Shown piece by piece: positions 1 through 14,700 of a DNA stretch of 62,781 bases (position 1 is the stretch's first letter; each line of letters opens with the position of its first letter). Origin of the DNA: Trichinella spiralis (Eukaryota); the NCBI RefSeq assembly GCF_000181795.1, contig NW_003526943.1, positions 6,850,122 to 6,912,902 on the forward strand, read 5' to 3'. Below the pieces are notes generated by a model. The model was not told the DNA's origin. It saw only the letters and a program-made list of their open reading frames with translations, and ran no database searches. The position numbers and the translations under genes were made by a program.

Positions 1-305
1 TCGTAAATAAAACTATTTGATTTGTTAGAAAACAGTAATATTACAGTAATATAATTGTGATTTAATTTAAAAGTTCTTATTATTGATATAAAATTGATAT
101 TTGATTTATTATTTCAGTTTTAAAATAATTTTAATATGTTATTATGCAATAATTTAATGTAAATGAAGATAAAACATATGAACTTGCATATTGTTTGTAA
201 TTACTGTAACCTTGTCCTGCTGTAAGATTGGACTAATTTTACTTGCTGCGTGTTTGAATTCTTTGATTGATCTTGTTAGTATATTTCATTTGCATTGCGT
301 ACGTT

Positions 306-2307
306 ATGTCTTATCGTGAACAGTGTCCGGCAGATTGTAAAGTTTACGTGGGGGGTTTACCTGAAAGAGCTAGCAGAGGCGAAGTGCGTTATTATTACGT
401 CAATGAAATTGTTTATTATTATTACAGTCGCACATTTTATAGCTGGAAGAAATATTCGGCCGATTTGGTCCCCTTCGTAATGTTTGGGTGGCACGTCGTC
501 CATGGGGCTTTGCGTTTGTTGAATTTGAAGATGCGAGAGATGCTATTGATGCTGTTCGGCAGTTAGACGGATCGTGAGTTTTTGCTTTAAACAGTGTTTT
601 GAATATCAAGTCGATTTTTCATTGCATTTTATTTTAATTTTTCGAATGTTTCAGTATTGTTTTATGGTAATACATTGAATGAATTGTAATAATTCTTTTG
701 GTAAATATTTGGTGTAAAATGATGTTGTGCACGAGTTTTGGGTTTTATATGCTTAATTGAATTCTATAATTTAGGCGTATGTGTGGCGTCCGGGCGCGTG
801 TTGAACTTTCTCATGGTCAGCGTCGGAATCGTGGTCCAAGAGGCTACGATGATGAAAGGCGTGGTGGAGATCGACGCAGGTAATTTTATTTTATTTTGCT
901 TTCAATTCTTAATGAAATAGTTAAACGACCCTTATTTGAATATGACAACAGAATGAGTTACGGTGCGATGTTTATATGTAAAAAGTTTTAGTATTGAGAA
1001 GTAGAGTTTATACTTACTTCATTCTTCGAACAGAAAGTAACCAGAAAAATCCATGATGGAGTAGAATGAATTATACGAAGTTAATTAGTTTAAATTAATT
1101 TTTTTGAATAATAAATTAATGAAGTTTATTTTTTGGAGAAATTTTTATTATCGGTTATTGTGTAACGAAATTGAGGTTAAATTGTCACATTATGTATTTA
1201 GCTTAATAAAAAATAGTAGTAGTAGTTGTAGTAGTAGAAGTCTTTTTCCGGGATAGTCGTTTTAAGGGTGGAAATATCCATCCGTTATAATTCCTTCTTA
1301 TTAGTTGATCATGATTCATCTTAAAGACTTCACGCTTCTCCATCGTTCATATCGAGATAGCGGCCCATGCATTCAGCTAGCGGCAATTTGGTCAGTCCAG
1401 TTGTTGATTAAGGTCTTCAGCGTCGCGTCGGATTTCACCCACTTTCACAGCTTCTTTCATCCTACTACACAGCGCCGAACTGCAATGAAAAGTTGCAGTC
1501 GGTGAAAATGCGTGGGCGTGTGTCTGTGTGTCTGTGTGTATAAAATGTCTGTGTGTGTCAGTGTGCTTCGGTTCGAAATATTAGCTGCAACAACGGATAC
1601 ATACTGTTCGCGCGTTACAACTGCTATGCCTTCTCAACTGCTGTGCTCTTCTCCGCGACGTCGGTTTTTCAACATACTTCATCGCGATTGATTGCGGCCG
1701 TCTTGGCTTTTGGCTCTTCGCTAACTCTTCCTCACGTCCCCAACGCACACATCTCAACTGCTCGTGCCATCAGTTGTCTTTTGGGTAAGACCTACGTTGG
1801 CTGTTGCACAAAAAAATCCTCTGCGGAGATTGTTTTCGGGGAACGTTGTTTTCGTTCTAATGTTGTTTTATACGTATAAATATGTATGTATGTATGTGTA
1901 TGTATGTATTTCTTTTTTTGTATTCAAAATGCATGAAATTACGTTGGTAAAAAAGAGAATTTTATTTTTCAAAATATTTGTGTAAACGAAAAAAGATGCC
2001 AAAAAGCAGCTATGTAAAGGAGGAGGAAGTGGCATTGCTTTTTATTTTTGGGTACGGCAGCGCGGCAGTAAATAACTAGTTGTGATATGCTTACACAAAT
2101 TAAGCAGATGGCATGAATGATTGTTGTGTATTGTTTTTTGTTTATCGGTTGTTTTTTATAGTAGAACGCCTCCAAGGAGAAGTCGTTCTGGTTCATATAG
2201 ACGTTCACGTTCACCATCTCGAAAGCGATATCGGTAAGTTGTTTTCAATGAAATTTATCGTAACGGATGGCATGGTCAACTTTTTTGTTTTCAGTTCCCG
2301 TTCATAA
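306..2307 (+). CDS. rsp-6: SR splicing factor, SRSF3/SRp20-like (RRM + short RS domain)
   Basis: Exons 306-383, 443-573, 775-879, 2162-2233 and 2295-2307 (GT-AG) join in frame. RNP2 KVYVGGL, RNP1 region [13 protein letters not shown], then [16 protein letters not shown] and an RS tail ending RSRS*. No zinc knuckle. Confidence 0.92.
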
Positions 2308-2411
2308 GCATATGTTAGAACGAGTATAAAGACAGTAATTCTACACTACTAATATACTGATATGTGATAGCAATAAATTATATCTTACATTGAATTTCAT
2401 AATAATAAATA

Positions 2412-2457
2412 ATATACATACATACATACATATATATATATGCATATATATATATAT
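2412..2457. repeat. (TA)n/(TACA)n microsatellite
   Basis: Visible directly in the sequence. Confidence 0.8.
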
Positions 2458-3646
2458 GCACTTTTCAAGCATTTTGTTACGTTAAATATCTTCTTCTGTG
2501 AAATAAAACATATTTCGGTATTAGATTTGTTTTATAAGAAACATAATTTTTACTGTTACAATTTTAAGAGTGCATGTTTGTTTTTAAATAATTTTTGTAG
2601 CCATACCGTGAGAAAAAAGCTACTTTAATAATGAGTGAATGTAATTATTTTTGAGGCAAAGTCAATTTTGTCATAAACCAGTGGTGAACTATTATTTTCC
2701 TGAAGACAATTTCATGCCACGTCGTACATGATATTTAAAGAGTCTAGAAAGCCACTACCACTACTGTGTAAATTTCTCCATGTACTCTAAACAACCTTTT
2801 AAGTATTAAAGGTAAATGCCTGAAATATTCTTAGCTAATGTCATTTTATTTTCACTGGTTTCGCAGCTTTTGCTCGTTGGTGTTTGGTTTAAATAAATTA
2901 TGGTGCAAGTTACACTTGAATTGTATACTGTTACGTTATGACACAAAATTGCTTAAATTTATTTTTTGATTTTTATATCTCAAAACTGTTTTTTAAAACT
3001 GAAAATATTTGAACTTGGTGTTCTGCAAATGGAAAATGGCAAAAAACTTATCAGAGTAATACAGCAAAAGCTAAATAAGCAGTTATATATGATTATGCAG
3101 TTGGAATGTGTTTTACTTTCAAGTAACTATCAATTCCTGAAAGTTGTTCTTTTAAAATTATATTACGTAACAAGTAATACTACTGTTTTAAATTTATGAA
3201 AAATAGATATGCAGCAGTAGTGAAAATTTTGGATTCAACTTTATTATGAAAAGTTCAAGCAGACACGCAGCACTGCTGCTTGACACTAAAGTAGTGCAAA
3301 AATGATCTCCAGTGATGATGAATATTTAACAAATAAGGCACGCCATTTTGTCGTGAATGCCATATTAAATGTAGAAAATGCGAAATAAAAATATATAAAA
3401 GTGATTACGATAAAATATGTAATGGTTTTATCATTCATTCAAACGCTAATTTTAAACCGGGACAAAATTTTCAATTAATGTTAAATAATGATGCATTGCA
3501 TTCTAAATAAAGTCATATGAAATGCTCCATAATATCTAAACCAAGTGTTCCACAAAAAATCAAAGCACGTTTAAATGTTCGATTAACATCTAAACTTTTT
3601 TCATCTTCATTATAACTAACTGTTTTTTTACTGTGAAAGCAAACAT

Positions 3647-4493
3647 TTAAGCTTGCGCAAGTTCTTCTTGGGCACCAGTAGTGATTACTTTTGCGAATGC
3701 TTTGTAGTCCACTTTTCCTCCTTGAATTGGTGGGTTTGCTTTGTACATATCTTTCAGCTATAACAAAAAACAGCAAAACTGTGAAAGAACAAAAGATTCA
3801 ATTAAAGAAAATTTTCAATTTCAGTTAATTATTATTATAATGGAAGTGACTAATTGTAATATGATGAGGATTTTCCTATGAAACTAACTAACTGTTAATG
3901 AAAAATATTGCTTACTTCTTTTTCATCTAAAGGTTCTCCTCGAAAGTTGGTAAGAATTTTCTTAAGTCTAAAATTTTGTAATTTACAATTATAACCATTT
4001 CAGTTTCAGACGTTCCCGTAATAACTTACTGATCTTCTGATATGAAGCCAGTATCTTTGGGATCGAACATTCTAAATGCACCAATGATAATATCTTCAGG
4101 ATCAGTTCCTAAAAATAGCATTATTTCATCAAAATAAAACCAATACTCATACATTTATATGTATGTATAAAAGAAAATAAAGTATAACACTACTTGCCGA
4201 CAGTAATCATTTACCTGTTAAGCGATCACCGAACAAAGTCAAGAAAGTTGTAAAATTAATAGGACCACTTGCTTCTTTAACCATTTCTTCCAGTTGTGAA
4301 TCGCTTGGAATTTGACCTATCATAATAAAGATAATTTTCATTAAAAATATATGATAAATAAATTGCTGTATCGACCTAATGTGGCATAAAGATCTTTCAA
4401 GTCATTCTTGCAAATTACACCATCCTTGTTTTGATCCATGATTCCAAATGCCTGTAATGTAATAATATAATTCGATTAAAATTATTTAATTTT

Positions 4494-4537
<44 letters not shown>

Positions 4538-5333
4538 AATTAAATAAGTATTTTTAAATCATATTCGTTCAGAAGGCTAACACAATGCATTTCACTTCAA
4601 ATATATTTTTAAAGAACAGATACATTTGTTTATTGTCAACATGATGATTCACTAGTAAATAAATATAAAATACGCTTAAAATGTATTGCTTTGCTCATGC
4701 TTTTTTACACTATAGCTGTACTGGTGCATAAATGATTGAAAATGAGAATAAAAAATCATTTCTAAATATTCATATTTTAATGTAGTCCTTAAATCTGTTT
4801 GCTTCAGTTTCTGAAAAACGAAAGCTGAGTAGACTATTTTTTGAAAAGTTAATATAAAGAAGAAGAGAATTAAAAAGCCTTATTTTGAAGTTTATTTGTA
4901 ATGCCAATTTTTTCATTATTTAATATTTTTTCAAAACTTATTTTAGAAATCAGATTATTATTATTCTTGCTTCTATTCTATGTATAAAATGCATATTTGA
5001 TAATTTACCAAAGCAAATAAACAGTAATAATTAGTATGCTTTTTAATCAGTTATTAACTTTTTTGAAAAGAAAAGGACAATTTTTAATTCAGCTGAAAAA
5101 AGAAAGAAATTTTGATAAAATACTTTACCTCTTTAAACTCTTGGACTGTTTTATTATCGAATGATTGAGCTCCATCGCTGGATGGCTTGGTGCGTTTGCT
5201 CGTAGTGGTTGATTTTTTCGTTTTTGTCTTGGTTGACTATCGATATTAAATATTAAAAGAAAACATTATTATAAATAATTAACTGATATAAGCATGATTT
5301 TAAGTAAAGTAAAAGTTTTTTCCAACTTACCAT
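3647..5333 (-). CDS. mlc-1: Myosin regulatory light chain (MLC-1/MLC-2-like)
   Basis: ATG-only first coding exon 5333-5331, then 5236-5129, 4451-4376, 4316-4215, 4108-4030, 3967-3916 and 3757-3647. Protein includes [48 protein letters not shown] and [21 protein letters not shown]. Not found by the ORF track. Confidence 0.95.
4496..4532. repeat. (TA)n microsatellite in an mlc intron
   Basis: Perfect TA run. Confidence 0.9.
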
Positions 5334-7476
5334 GCTGTAGATGGGAGGGAGACGAGAGAGTGACGAAGGAACGACAACAACAACAAGCAGTAAGTGAGTT
5401 GTTGGCTGACGAAGCGATGAAATAGTTTCAATAATATGTGCGTTTGCAAGACTATTCCACTAGGCCAACTGACACTGCTTTTGCTTTACAACCGAGTTTC
5501 AAAAATTTTTCTTCCTATCTTCTGAGAGGCAGAAAAGCAGTTTCAAGCAGCTGACGTTGTTATTTTATTTTAAGCTGCATAGAATATGCTTCCTCAGTGA
5601 AACTTACTAGCAAACGTGTTTAGCTCAGAGTCGACAGACGTACGTTTGAAACTTCCCCTTCAAACAATGCATATTATGCTTAACAAACATGTGTGCCAGC
5701 TGTGTATGTGTATGCGTGTGTGTGTGTGCGTGTGATGCGTATGTGGAAGCCGTACTGCTTGCAACGTCAGCTTGAAAATTATATTCCAGCGTTGTTTAGT
5801 TTGCACTGGTCGTTCAGGGGGCAAAACTAAAACCCAACTAAAATTTAAACTAAAACAAGCAACAAGCTGAAACCAACGTGTTGAGCCAGTTTTGCTTTGC
5901 GTCCATTCATTCACTTCCAATGTGTTGTAATAATTTTCACTTTCAAGCTGAAATTTTTCATCTCACTTTACACTGTACCACACAAATTAGTCACTGTTTG
6001 CCATTGCGAATTGTATTGTTGTTGCATTATTTGAAATTTGTTATTTTCAGCTATTTGTCAGCTAATTGGACAAAAGCTGCAACTGTGTTTGAAGCAGTTC
6101 AGCTTTGTCCAAGCAAAAATTTCTTTTTTGCTTTTCAGTTTGACAAAACAACGCGCAACATTTCATTCATGCACAGCTTATTGCATTTTTGATCAAACTG
6201 AAAGTTATTTTATTGTCAACTTTGAAATCTGAATCTCAAACTTTTCATTCGTACTCTCTCTCTGGAATGCTGCTTTTTGTTATAGTTTGTGAAATCAATC
6301 TGAATCTAAACCAATTCATCTTTATGAACTGAAGCTGCTTGGTAATTTTTTGAACATGTAAATTTAAAATTGTGTTGTTGGTATTATCTTCATCAAAATT
6401 TATTATTCAGCACTGTTACTCTTTTAATTCAATTGTTGAATTAATATTCCGGAATTGTGTTAAAAAGTATAGCTCGTTTAAAGTATGTAATATGACAGAA
6501 ATCTTTTAAAAGTATCATCAAATAATTAATATTTGCAACTTTGGACCACTTTTAAAAGGGGCAAAATGGTAAAATTTATGAACATCTGAAGTGGGACCGT
6601 GCTAAAATTAAATATTGCATATAATATTAAAAAGTAAAAATTAATAAAAGTTCGGTCTATGAAATTTACATTAATTGCTCATGAAAAATGATGAAATTAT
6701 GATTTCACTAAACTAGTACTTGTCAGAAATTTAAATAAAAAAACAGTTTATAAATATTTAATAAACTTTAAATGAAATCCTGTCATTTGAATTTAATTTT
6801 ATTGAAGACAAATTCGAATACGTGAAGCTGCATTTAGAAAAAGCAAAAAACATTTAAAATATGATTAACATTTAAAATAAATACCTATTTATTATTACTT
6901 TAATTTTAATCTAGAATATTGTCATGGTGCAATACATATTATTTATATGCATGTGTGTTTGTTTATTTTTAAAATTCTTTTGTTATAAATTGCATTTTTA
7001 GCGTCATATCATTCAAACCTTAATAACATTTATGACATATATACTTAAATTCTGTTTAGAATGGAAAATCAGCATGTTATTTTGGTAAAATAGTTTATAT
7101 AGTTGCCTTTAAATGTGTAAAAATGAATCCGTTCTAAAAATCTTGGAATCACTAAAGCTTAATCAATTTGTATTTTCATTTGATATTTAATAAACAACTG
7201 CAAATGGGAAAAATAAATCAGTTTAAATTATGTACTTTACTCTTAATATTTAAAAATGACAATCTGGCAAAATGAGGTAACAAGTCCGTTTTAATAGCAT
7301 TTAAAATTTAAAATTTTATAAAAACAGTTTGAATGGGAAAATTTTAAAATCTTATTTTTCCGTCGAAGAAATTATTAATTTTTTAAAATTACTTCAAAAG
7401 AGGATATTATATAATAACAAATTTGATAATTTTTGCAATTGCTTTAAAATATAATTCAACGCCAGAATATTGACAA

Positions 7477-9790
7477 TTAGCGGTTTATTTTTTCAGTTTT
7501 GAATAAAAATGCGTGTGATACGTTAGCTAGTCTTTTGGAATTTGTAATAGGACATTTAGAAATCAACTGGTCCCATATGCATCGTGTTATGAACAAAATT
7601 AACTGGACGAGAGTCAAAAATGAGCCACCAAGCCATAAGGAATATTGACCTCCAATATTGGCCAAAAATCCTTGCTCTGTCATTGAAGGGTAATGCTTGA
7701 TCAAAGTGAAACCGAGACGTTCAAAATAGATGTCCAAAACGATTGAATTTTTCATCTCTTCCCATTGTTCATCCGACTCGACAAAACGTCGAGTTTCGTC
7801 AATTGGAAATTTTAAATATGAAACCTGTGCAGTGTACTGAGTACGAACACATTGCAATAAGCAACGGCTTCGGCAGATGTTGAAAATTTCCTCCCACTGC
7901 TCTTTCAGCTGCTTTATTAGTTCTACTTGAAGACAATTCAAAAACTGATCCGTATCACAGGGTGGATATCTTCTCTGACTTCCCAACGCAACATGACTGC
8001 AGTTGCACTTCTTCTCCGCAACTGTATAAATGCAGTCGTCAAAGCAACTCACCCTTCCATAGCTTGGATCATCCGGCTTGCATTCAAAATACGGTGGATT
8101 GTTGATGAAGTCATATTTTGTTGCCTGATAGAAGAAAAACACTAATTATAATAAGTTTGTTAATTATAATTAATAATGAAAAAAATAATTAAAAAATATT
8201 TATACAGATCATGACTATTCAGCAAATAACTATAAAAATGAATGCCAAGCTTTTTTGTAAAATGATCTATAAACAAATACAGTACAAAATTTAACTGTAA
8301 TCAAACTACTGTAATGTACATATATATATATATTCGCATTGCCTATGGATATAATGATAATAAACTATTTAAATTTTTTAAGATAAAACTGCACAAATTT
8401 ATAAAATGATATATAACGTCTCATGATCATTAAGAGTTGCCAATCCTCATTGGAGCATAATTTGTCAACAGAGGCTAAATTTCCATCAGTGCAAGATTTT
8501 ATTTGATCAACTCTGCAAAGATACGAAGTAAAAAAAACCGACACTTGGCAATGTTCTATCAATGACAAATAATTGATTTCTTTCCCATCGTGTTTTCTCA
8601 CCGTTTAACTGGAATACAACTTTAATAATAAATTAACAGGTAATTTTTTATGTGACTTTTTCTTTAACTTTAACAGTAATAAAATAAATCAAATTGGTCA
8701 TTGGTGTTGGAAAAGTATTCAAAAAAATAGCAAATGCCAGTGCTTAAGTGAAAAAACAAAATACAACAGGTGACACTTCAATTTAAAATGGAAAAGCAGT
8801 TTAAAAAGTGAAAAAAAGAAACAATTATGAAGTAGTAAAGCTTTTTACATTTGAAAATAAACAAATTGAACTTGGCTTTAAACAGCGTATAGAAAAGCTG
8901 ATTTTCTCACCATAATTAGTGAATTGTAATAAATATTTTAAACTGGATAAATCATTTTTCAAGTTTAAAATGAAAATTACCCTCAGTGGTAGCAACGCAT
9001 AGCTACCAGTTGGAATAAATGTCATATCGTGGCCAATTTCTGTACCTCTTTCTGCCAGTTTTACCAAAATGCCATCGCTGTTGAAATTATTCGGTGCAAT
9101 GTGAAAATCATCTTTTGGCAAGTGCACAACAACGCTTATTCCCATTCCATAACCGGGCAGCTGTTGCAGTACACCAGGAATACGAAAACAGTTCCCCGCA
9201 AAAGTCATCAATGTTGCATTGCTGCTGTCATAGCAACAGCTGAAAATTCCTTGCGGTCCTTGACATTGAATAAGCACATCGCTGCACTTGAAGCTGGCTT
9301 CTTGGACGAACATTTCAAAGCTCATACCAAGTCGGTCCAGCATTTGCTGTGCTTCTACTTTGAGAGTTTCTGTTTTTGATAAAATGTTTTCAATCATAAA
9401 CTTTCTCATGTACGGATGCTTTGTAGCAAGGCCGAAAGACAGTTGCATATACCAGGCTAAAGAGTCGGAGACGTTTTTCTCTTTCAGATATTTACCGTTG
9501 AAACGATTCAAAGGACAAACAATGACATCAGGAACGTGAACATCTTCGTCCGCTTCTTTCACCAAATAACTGATCGCCAACGGTGATGATATGTACTCGT
9601 TCAAAATTGAATAGCACCCAAAAGCGACTGCTGACAAAGCGCCAATCAAAACTACAGTCCAAATGACTCGCAGATAAAATCGATCCGCGTTATGCCAATC
9701 ACGCAGGCCGTGAAATGTTGTAATTTCACAAAACTTCGTCATGCCGTCATTTCCACTACATTTACAAGGATACACTTCTACTTGTGGCAT
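7477..9790 (-). CDS. DEG/ENaC family ion channel subunit (~485 aa)
   Basis: Exons 9790-8981 and 8124-7477, phase 0. N-terminal TTFHG motif, TM1, PDVIVCPLNRF, Cys-rich thumb region, and TM2 FLANIGGQYSLWLGGSFLTLVQL. Confidence 0.92.
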
Positions 9791-11747
9791 TTTGTCTCTG
9801 TATCTGCCACCGCGGCTGGTTTGCTTTTATCACTCAAATTGCTTTAAATAGCGTTCAGAAAATACAATTCTGATAGAATTTATTTCTTCCTCTGCTGCTG
9901 AAAACATTTCTCATTTGGAGCATTGACATTTATCCAGAGGGATGCTTTTGCCTTCGAAGACAGATGCAACGCACTGAGCTGCTGCTGTTCAACGCTCCAA
10001 TTGCTAATCAGTTAAAAATTAAAGTCGGAAATAAGTTTTTCCTTTACAATTTCCAATAAATCAAACAAAATTTACACACAAACGCCAGCCAAGCTAACGG
10101 ACTCCAAGGAATTTAATGCATGTGCTAAGCTGAAGGACGGCAGATTCGCTTAACGTAAGCAAGCAGACGTTATTTCCAAAATTTTTTTGAAGCCTCCGCT
10201 TTGCACGTGGTTTGGGAAAAAAATCACCAATGTCGCTTTTTTCTCGCAATGCATTTATACAAATTAGCAAAAAATTTCAAAAGTAAAAAAGCAATATTTA
10301 TTGCGTAAAAGCTAATATTAAAACTGCTAACAGAGAAAACGTCGTTTCGCTTAAAAAATATTATAAATATACAGAACACAGTATTATATAGTATTTAAAA
10401 TGAATTATCTATTTTGTTTACTGATGCAAATAACATTTAATAAATTGCCGTTAATTTTAAATGATACACTGAATAAATAACATCGTCTTTTGACAGTTTC
10501 AAAATTTAGGACAGCAATAAAATGTAACAGCATGTATCGAATTATCACTGCAATCACTGTGCAATCCGAACGCACGTAAAATTCAAATTAATTATTATTA
10601 ATGTTTACTAATTAATTTAAACTTAATTTAAACGGTTAAAGTTATAAATTAAAATAATAAAAAAACTAAATAAATGAATGAACATCATGCATAAATTTAA
10701 ATAATAAAGCCATAAAATGCAAATTAATGTTCTTAAAATAATTCAAAAGTCAAATAGTGGAAAGTATCCTGATAAATTATTTTCACGCATTCAACACTAG
10801 ACAGCTTTTCTCTGGATAAACATTTAAATAAACATTAATTTATCTAATTAAATTTTTAACTTAAAACAAAAATCCTGCAATATTCATTTTTTCATTTTAA
10901 CTTCAGAGCTTCACCAATAATTATGCTAGAGAACAGTGCAATGCTTCAGCTTGAGCTTTCACCATAAATAGTTGACAAAAAACATTTGAACGCATTCTTG
11001 AATTATGCAGAAAATAATGCTTTTTCAGCTGCAAGCTTTTAATATTTGCTACACTACATAAAATTATATACATCTGTTATACAAAAAAGTAGATTATGAG
11101 AACTGAAGAAAGCTTAGAGCCAAGATAATAATTATCAGTGCAATTGTTAAATCAATGTGAAATTAATTTTCCAACTACATTACGCTTGAACAACTTTTGA
11201 AAAATTAAAACATACAGAAAATTGTTTTTTATTACTTTTTAAAATACTTTAAATGCTTCCATTTATCTATTTCTTTGAGAAATAAAAATATTTATACAAA
11301 ACACCAAGAACAAATGAACAAATAATATAGAGAAAAATGATGCGAATCATTTTGTTAAATGAAAGCTAAATTTCGGAAAAGACAAAATTTTTTAAATAAA
11401 AAAAGGTATAATTATGATTGGTTGGAGTGGTCGTATGTGGTCCAAGAAGCGTAATTGAGACACCACGCGTGGAAAACGACAGCCGCTTTTGGCAGGCCAT
11501 TTTTCGAACGCCTACCTGAAATGAAAGCCGACAGCTGACCAATAACTAATGGTTAGTGTACGTCTTGGAGAATGAACAACACGCAGCTGTCAGTTGTTTC
11601 TGCATCCCAGAAGCAGTTTGGCTTTGAAGATGGCTTTTCTACAAAAAGCTTCAAAATTCTGCATCTGACTGGCATTGGCTAAACGCAATCGATGGTTCCG
11701 GAGCGAACCTCGGCAGCGGTTGCGCTTTACCTCAATTACAAAGCAGC

Positions 11748-14700
11748 ATGCTAGTAAATCCACTATTTATCTTGGTTGTGTATTGCTTGTCGAAAGTGTC
11801 GGTGTCGGTATGTCGATTTGATGGAGACGAAAATTCCAGATCTGTGTGGACAGCTTGCGACTGTGTTCGTCTCACTGTAGACTCGTTCAAAGTTAACTGT
11901 CACGCGGTTCCATGGATTACAGTACCGGCTGTTCCGTCGGTCGAAAAAACTGAACTGCACATGACTTCGTTGAGTGTGATCAACAGTCAGCTGATGTTTT
12001 TGACTTACGATGCATTCAGAGAGCAGAGTATTCAAGTTTTGGATTTGAGCAATAATAAAATCGACTCGATCAACGTGAATGCGTTTCGAGGACTTGAACA
12101 AAAGCTATATCAGCTACTACTGGACAATAATGAATTAAGCCGCATTCCTGCCCGACAGCTCAGTCAGTTGCAGCAGCTGCGTTATTTAAATTTGAAAAAC
12201 AACAAAATTGATGTGATTGAAGCTGGAATATTTAAGGTAAATTTTATTTTAAAAAATGCTATGCCTTCTTGATTGAATAATTTAATTTATAGAAATTTAC
12301 TTGCTTTTATTATATAATATAAAATTCAAAATCTAAAGAAAATTTTTTCACTTAGAATTTAGAAAATTTTACATTGCATCTTCATCTGTTCTCTACATCT
12401 CCAACTTATTCTGAACTTATGAATAAAACAAACCATTTATAAAATAAATATAATATAAAATTAGTTTTTTACTTTAAATTATTTAACATTATGATAAATG
12501 CGCATGCAAAGATTGTTGTTTATGCATTCTATTAATGTGCTCAATTTTTCATTAAAGGGCAGCTTGACAAAACAGTTTACATTAAAAAAAGTAATTAAAA
12601 AGAATTATTTTTGCTTCAAAATAAAGATAAGGATAGCAAAGCATAAGAAAATGGACGAATTTGTCTCATCGTGAAATGTTTCCCACGTTAACATTGTATC
12701 ATGCTTGATAAATCACATCAATAAAATGACGGATGTCACTTTCATCAACTTTTAAAACAGAATTTATCATCAGGTTATTTTCGATAAAATCTTTATTACT
12801 TAAATATTTCATCAGTTGCAAAAAAGTTATTTTCTTTGCAAAATTTATATTAAAAAGGCATTCTTCATTATGCGCAGGTTGTTGAATTAATTCACTTTAA
12901 AAATTAAAAACTAACTAAAGCAAAATTTTCTATTTATAGATTTGCAGGTTGAACAGTTTAAAATTGATGCTTTCACTTCATTAATTTTACTAATTGTAAT
13001 TCTTCTTTGTATTGAATGTTATTGCCATTATTTGCTCATTGTAAAGCCGATGATTGAATAACATTTCGATAAGCATTTACATAGTTTTTAAGAAATGGAT
13101 AATGAATCTATTTAAATAATGATAAAATTTAATATATTAATAAAAATGAAAGCAAAAATCCACGCAATATATAATCATTTTGTTATTTATTCAGCATATC
13201 CATAATCGAATTTTATTAATTCTATTTTAATATTGCATTGTCCTGCTGAGTATGAACTTTACATCAAAAAGTACAAAAACCAATGTACATTTATTTATTT
13301 AAAGGTAATCTTTGGAATTAAACGAACATTTCTTGATGAATAAAGTAAATAAAACTTTGTTTATTTATCTCATATAAACTGAAATAAGTAGGAATTTCCG
13401 TATCCGCACAGGTTTATCACAATTGTTATGATTGAACTCTCAAGTTATCCGATCACAGTGGCGTGAAATCAACACGTCGCCCTTTCAATTGATTGCACAG
13501 CTGTTTCTTGTGGCAATTCTTCAGAAAAGAAACTGAAACAGCAAATGGAAAACATAGGATTTATGCCAAAGAAACAATTGTATCGAGTTGAAAAACCCAG
13601 AGAAGATTGTATTTCAAGCAGAATTGAATACTGAATGCGCTTTGAATATTAATTTATTAGTTGTTGAATTGAAAAAATCTCAATGTAATGTTATACAAAT
13701 TATAATAATCACAAGCAGTCATTTTCAGAATTACAATAAAATCTATGTTTGAAAATAATCTTAATTTGATTTTTTTTCCATGTTTAGAACACATTTTCAG
13801 CAATTTCAGCTATCAAAGAAAAATAATGTACTTTGAGAAGAAAAATTTTTTTTTCTAATAAATGTAATTTAGAATTCAAATTTGCGAAATCTTCGCTATC
13901 TTTACCTGGATGGTAATTTGATTGATTCAATTCCATCGGATGCGTTCGTCAGTTTGGATTTGCAAGTACTGACACTCAGTCACAATCGTATTCATCACAT
14001 GGAAGCACATTCATTACCGTACACAATTTGGTAAATGAACCAATAATATTGAACGGAACATTATTTATATTTTTTTTCGAAAAAAAAGCTATTAGCTTAT
14101 AAAATCAATTTCAGGTACATCAGTTTGAAAGGAAACATGCTGCAAAGCATACCGTATGAAGCGTTTGAAGGTCTGAAAGATCTACAAATGATAGATTTAG
14201 AAGGGAACAGCATTGACCACTTACAGTCGTACGTGTCGACCGTCTCCAATGGGAATGTGTCGATAAATTTGAGCAGCAACAAAATTCGAACACTGCCAGC
14301 GGCGTGCTTTTCAGCGTTTCAACAAATCAACAAGTTGGATCTGTCTCGCAATGCTATTCAAAAAGTGCACAGTGAATTTTTGCAAGGGGTCGCCACTTTG
14401 CAGACGCTGGATTTGTCCTACAATCGGGTCGGATTCTTGCCAATCAAATCGCTGTTCACCGTTGCCCATTCGTTGAGCAAAATTTCACTCGAAGAGAACG
14501 AACTCAGTACCGTTCCTGAAGCGCTGTCTGTATTGAAAGTGCTTGCCAGCTTGAATCTCAGTTCCAACAAATTGAACACACTGGGCAGCGATGACATTCT
14601 GCCCAACAACGGTAATATGCTCAAAGAATTGCTTATTTCGCACAATTATTTGACTCAAATTGCTGCCAGTTTTGGAAAATTGGAAAACTTGGACCTGTCC

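Noticed and set aside
1305..1985. ORFs of 66-108 aa inside the SR gene intron
   Set aside because: No recognisable protein; better explained as a regulatory or poison exon plus simple repeats.
5660..6232. Short ORFs upstream of mlc
   Set aside because: They overlap (TG)n repeats and probable promoter sequence, with no coding signature.
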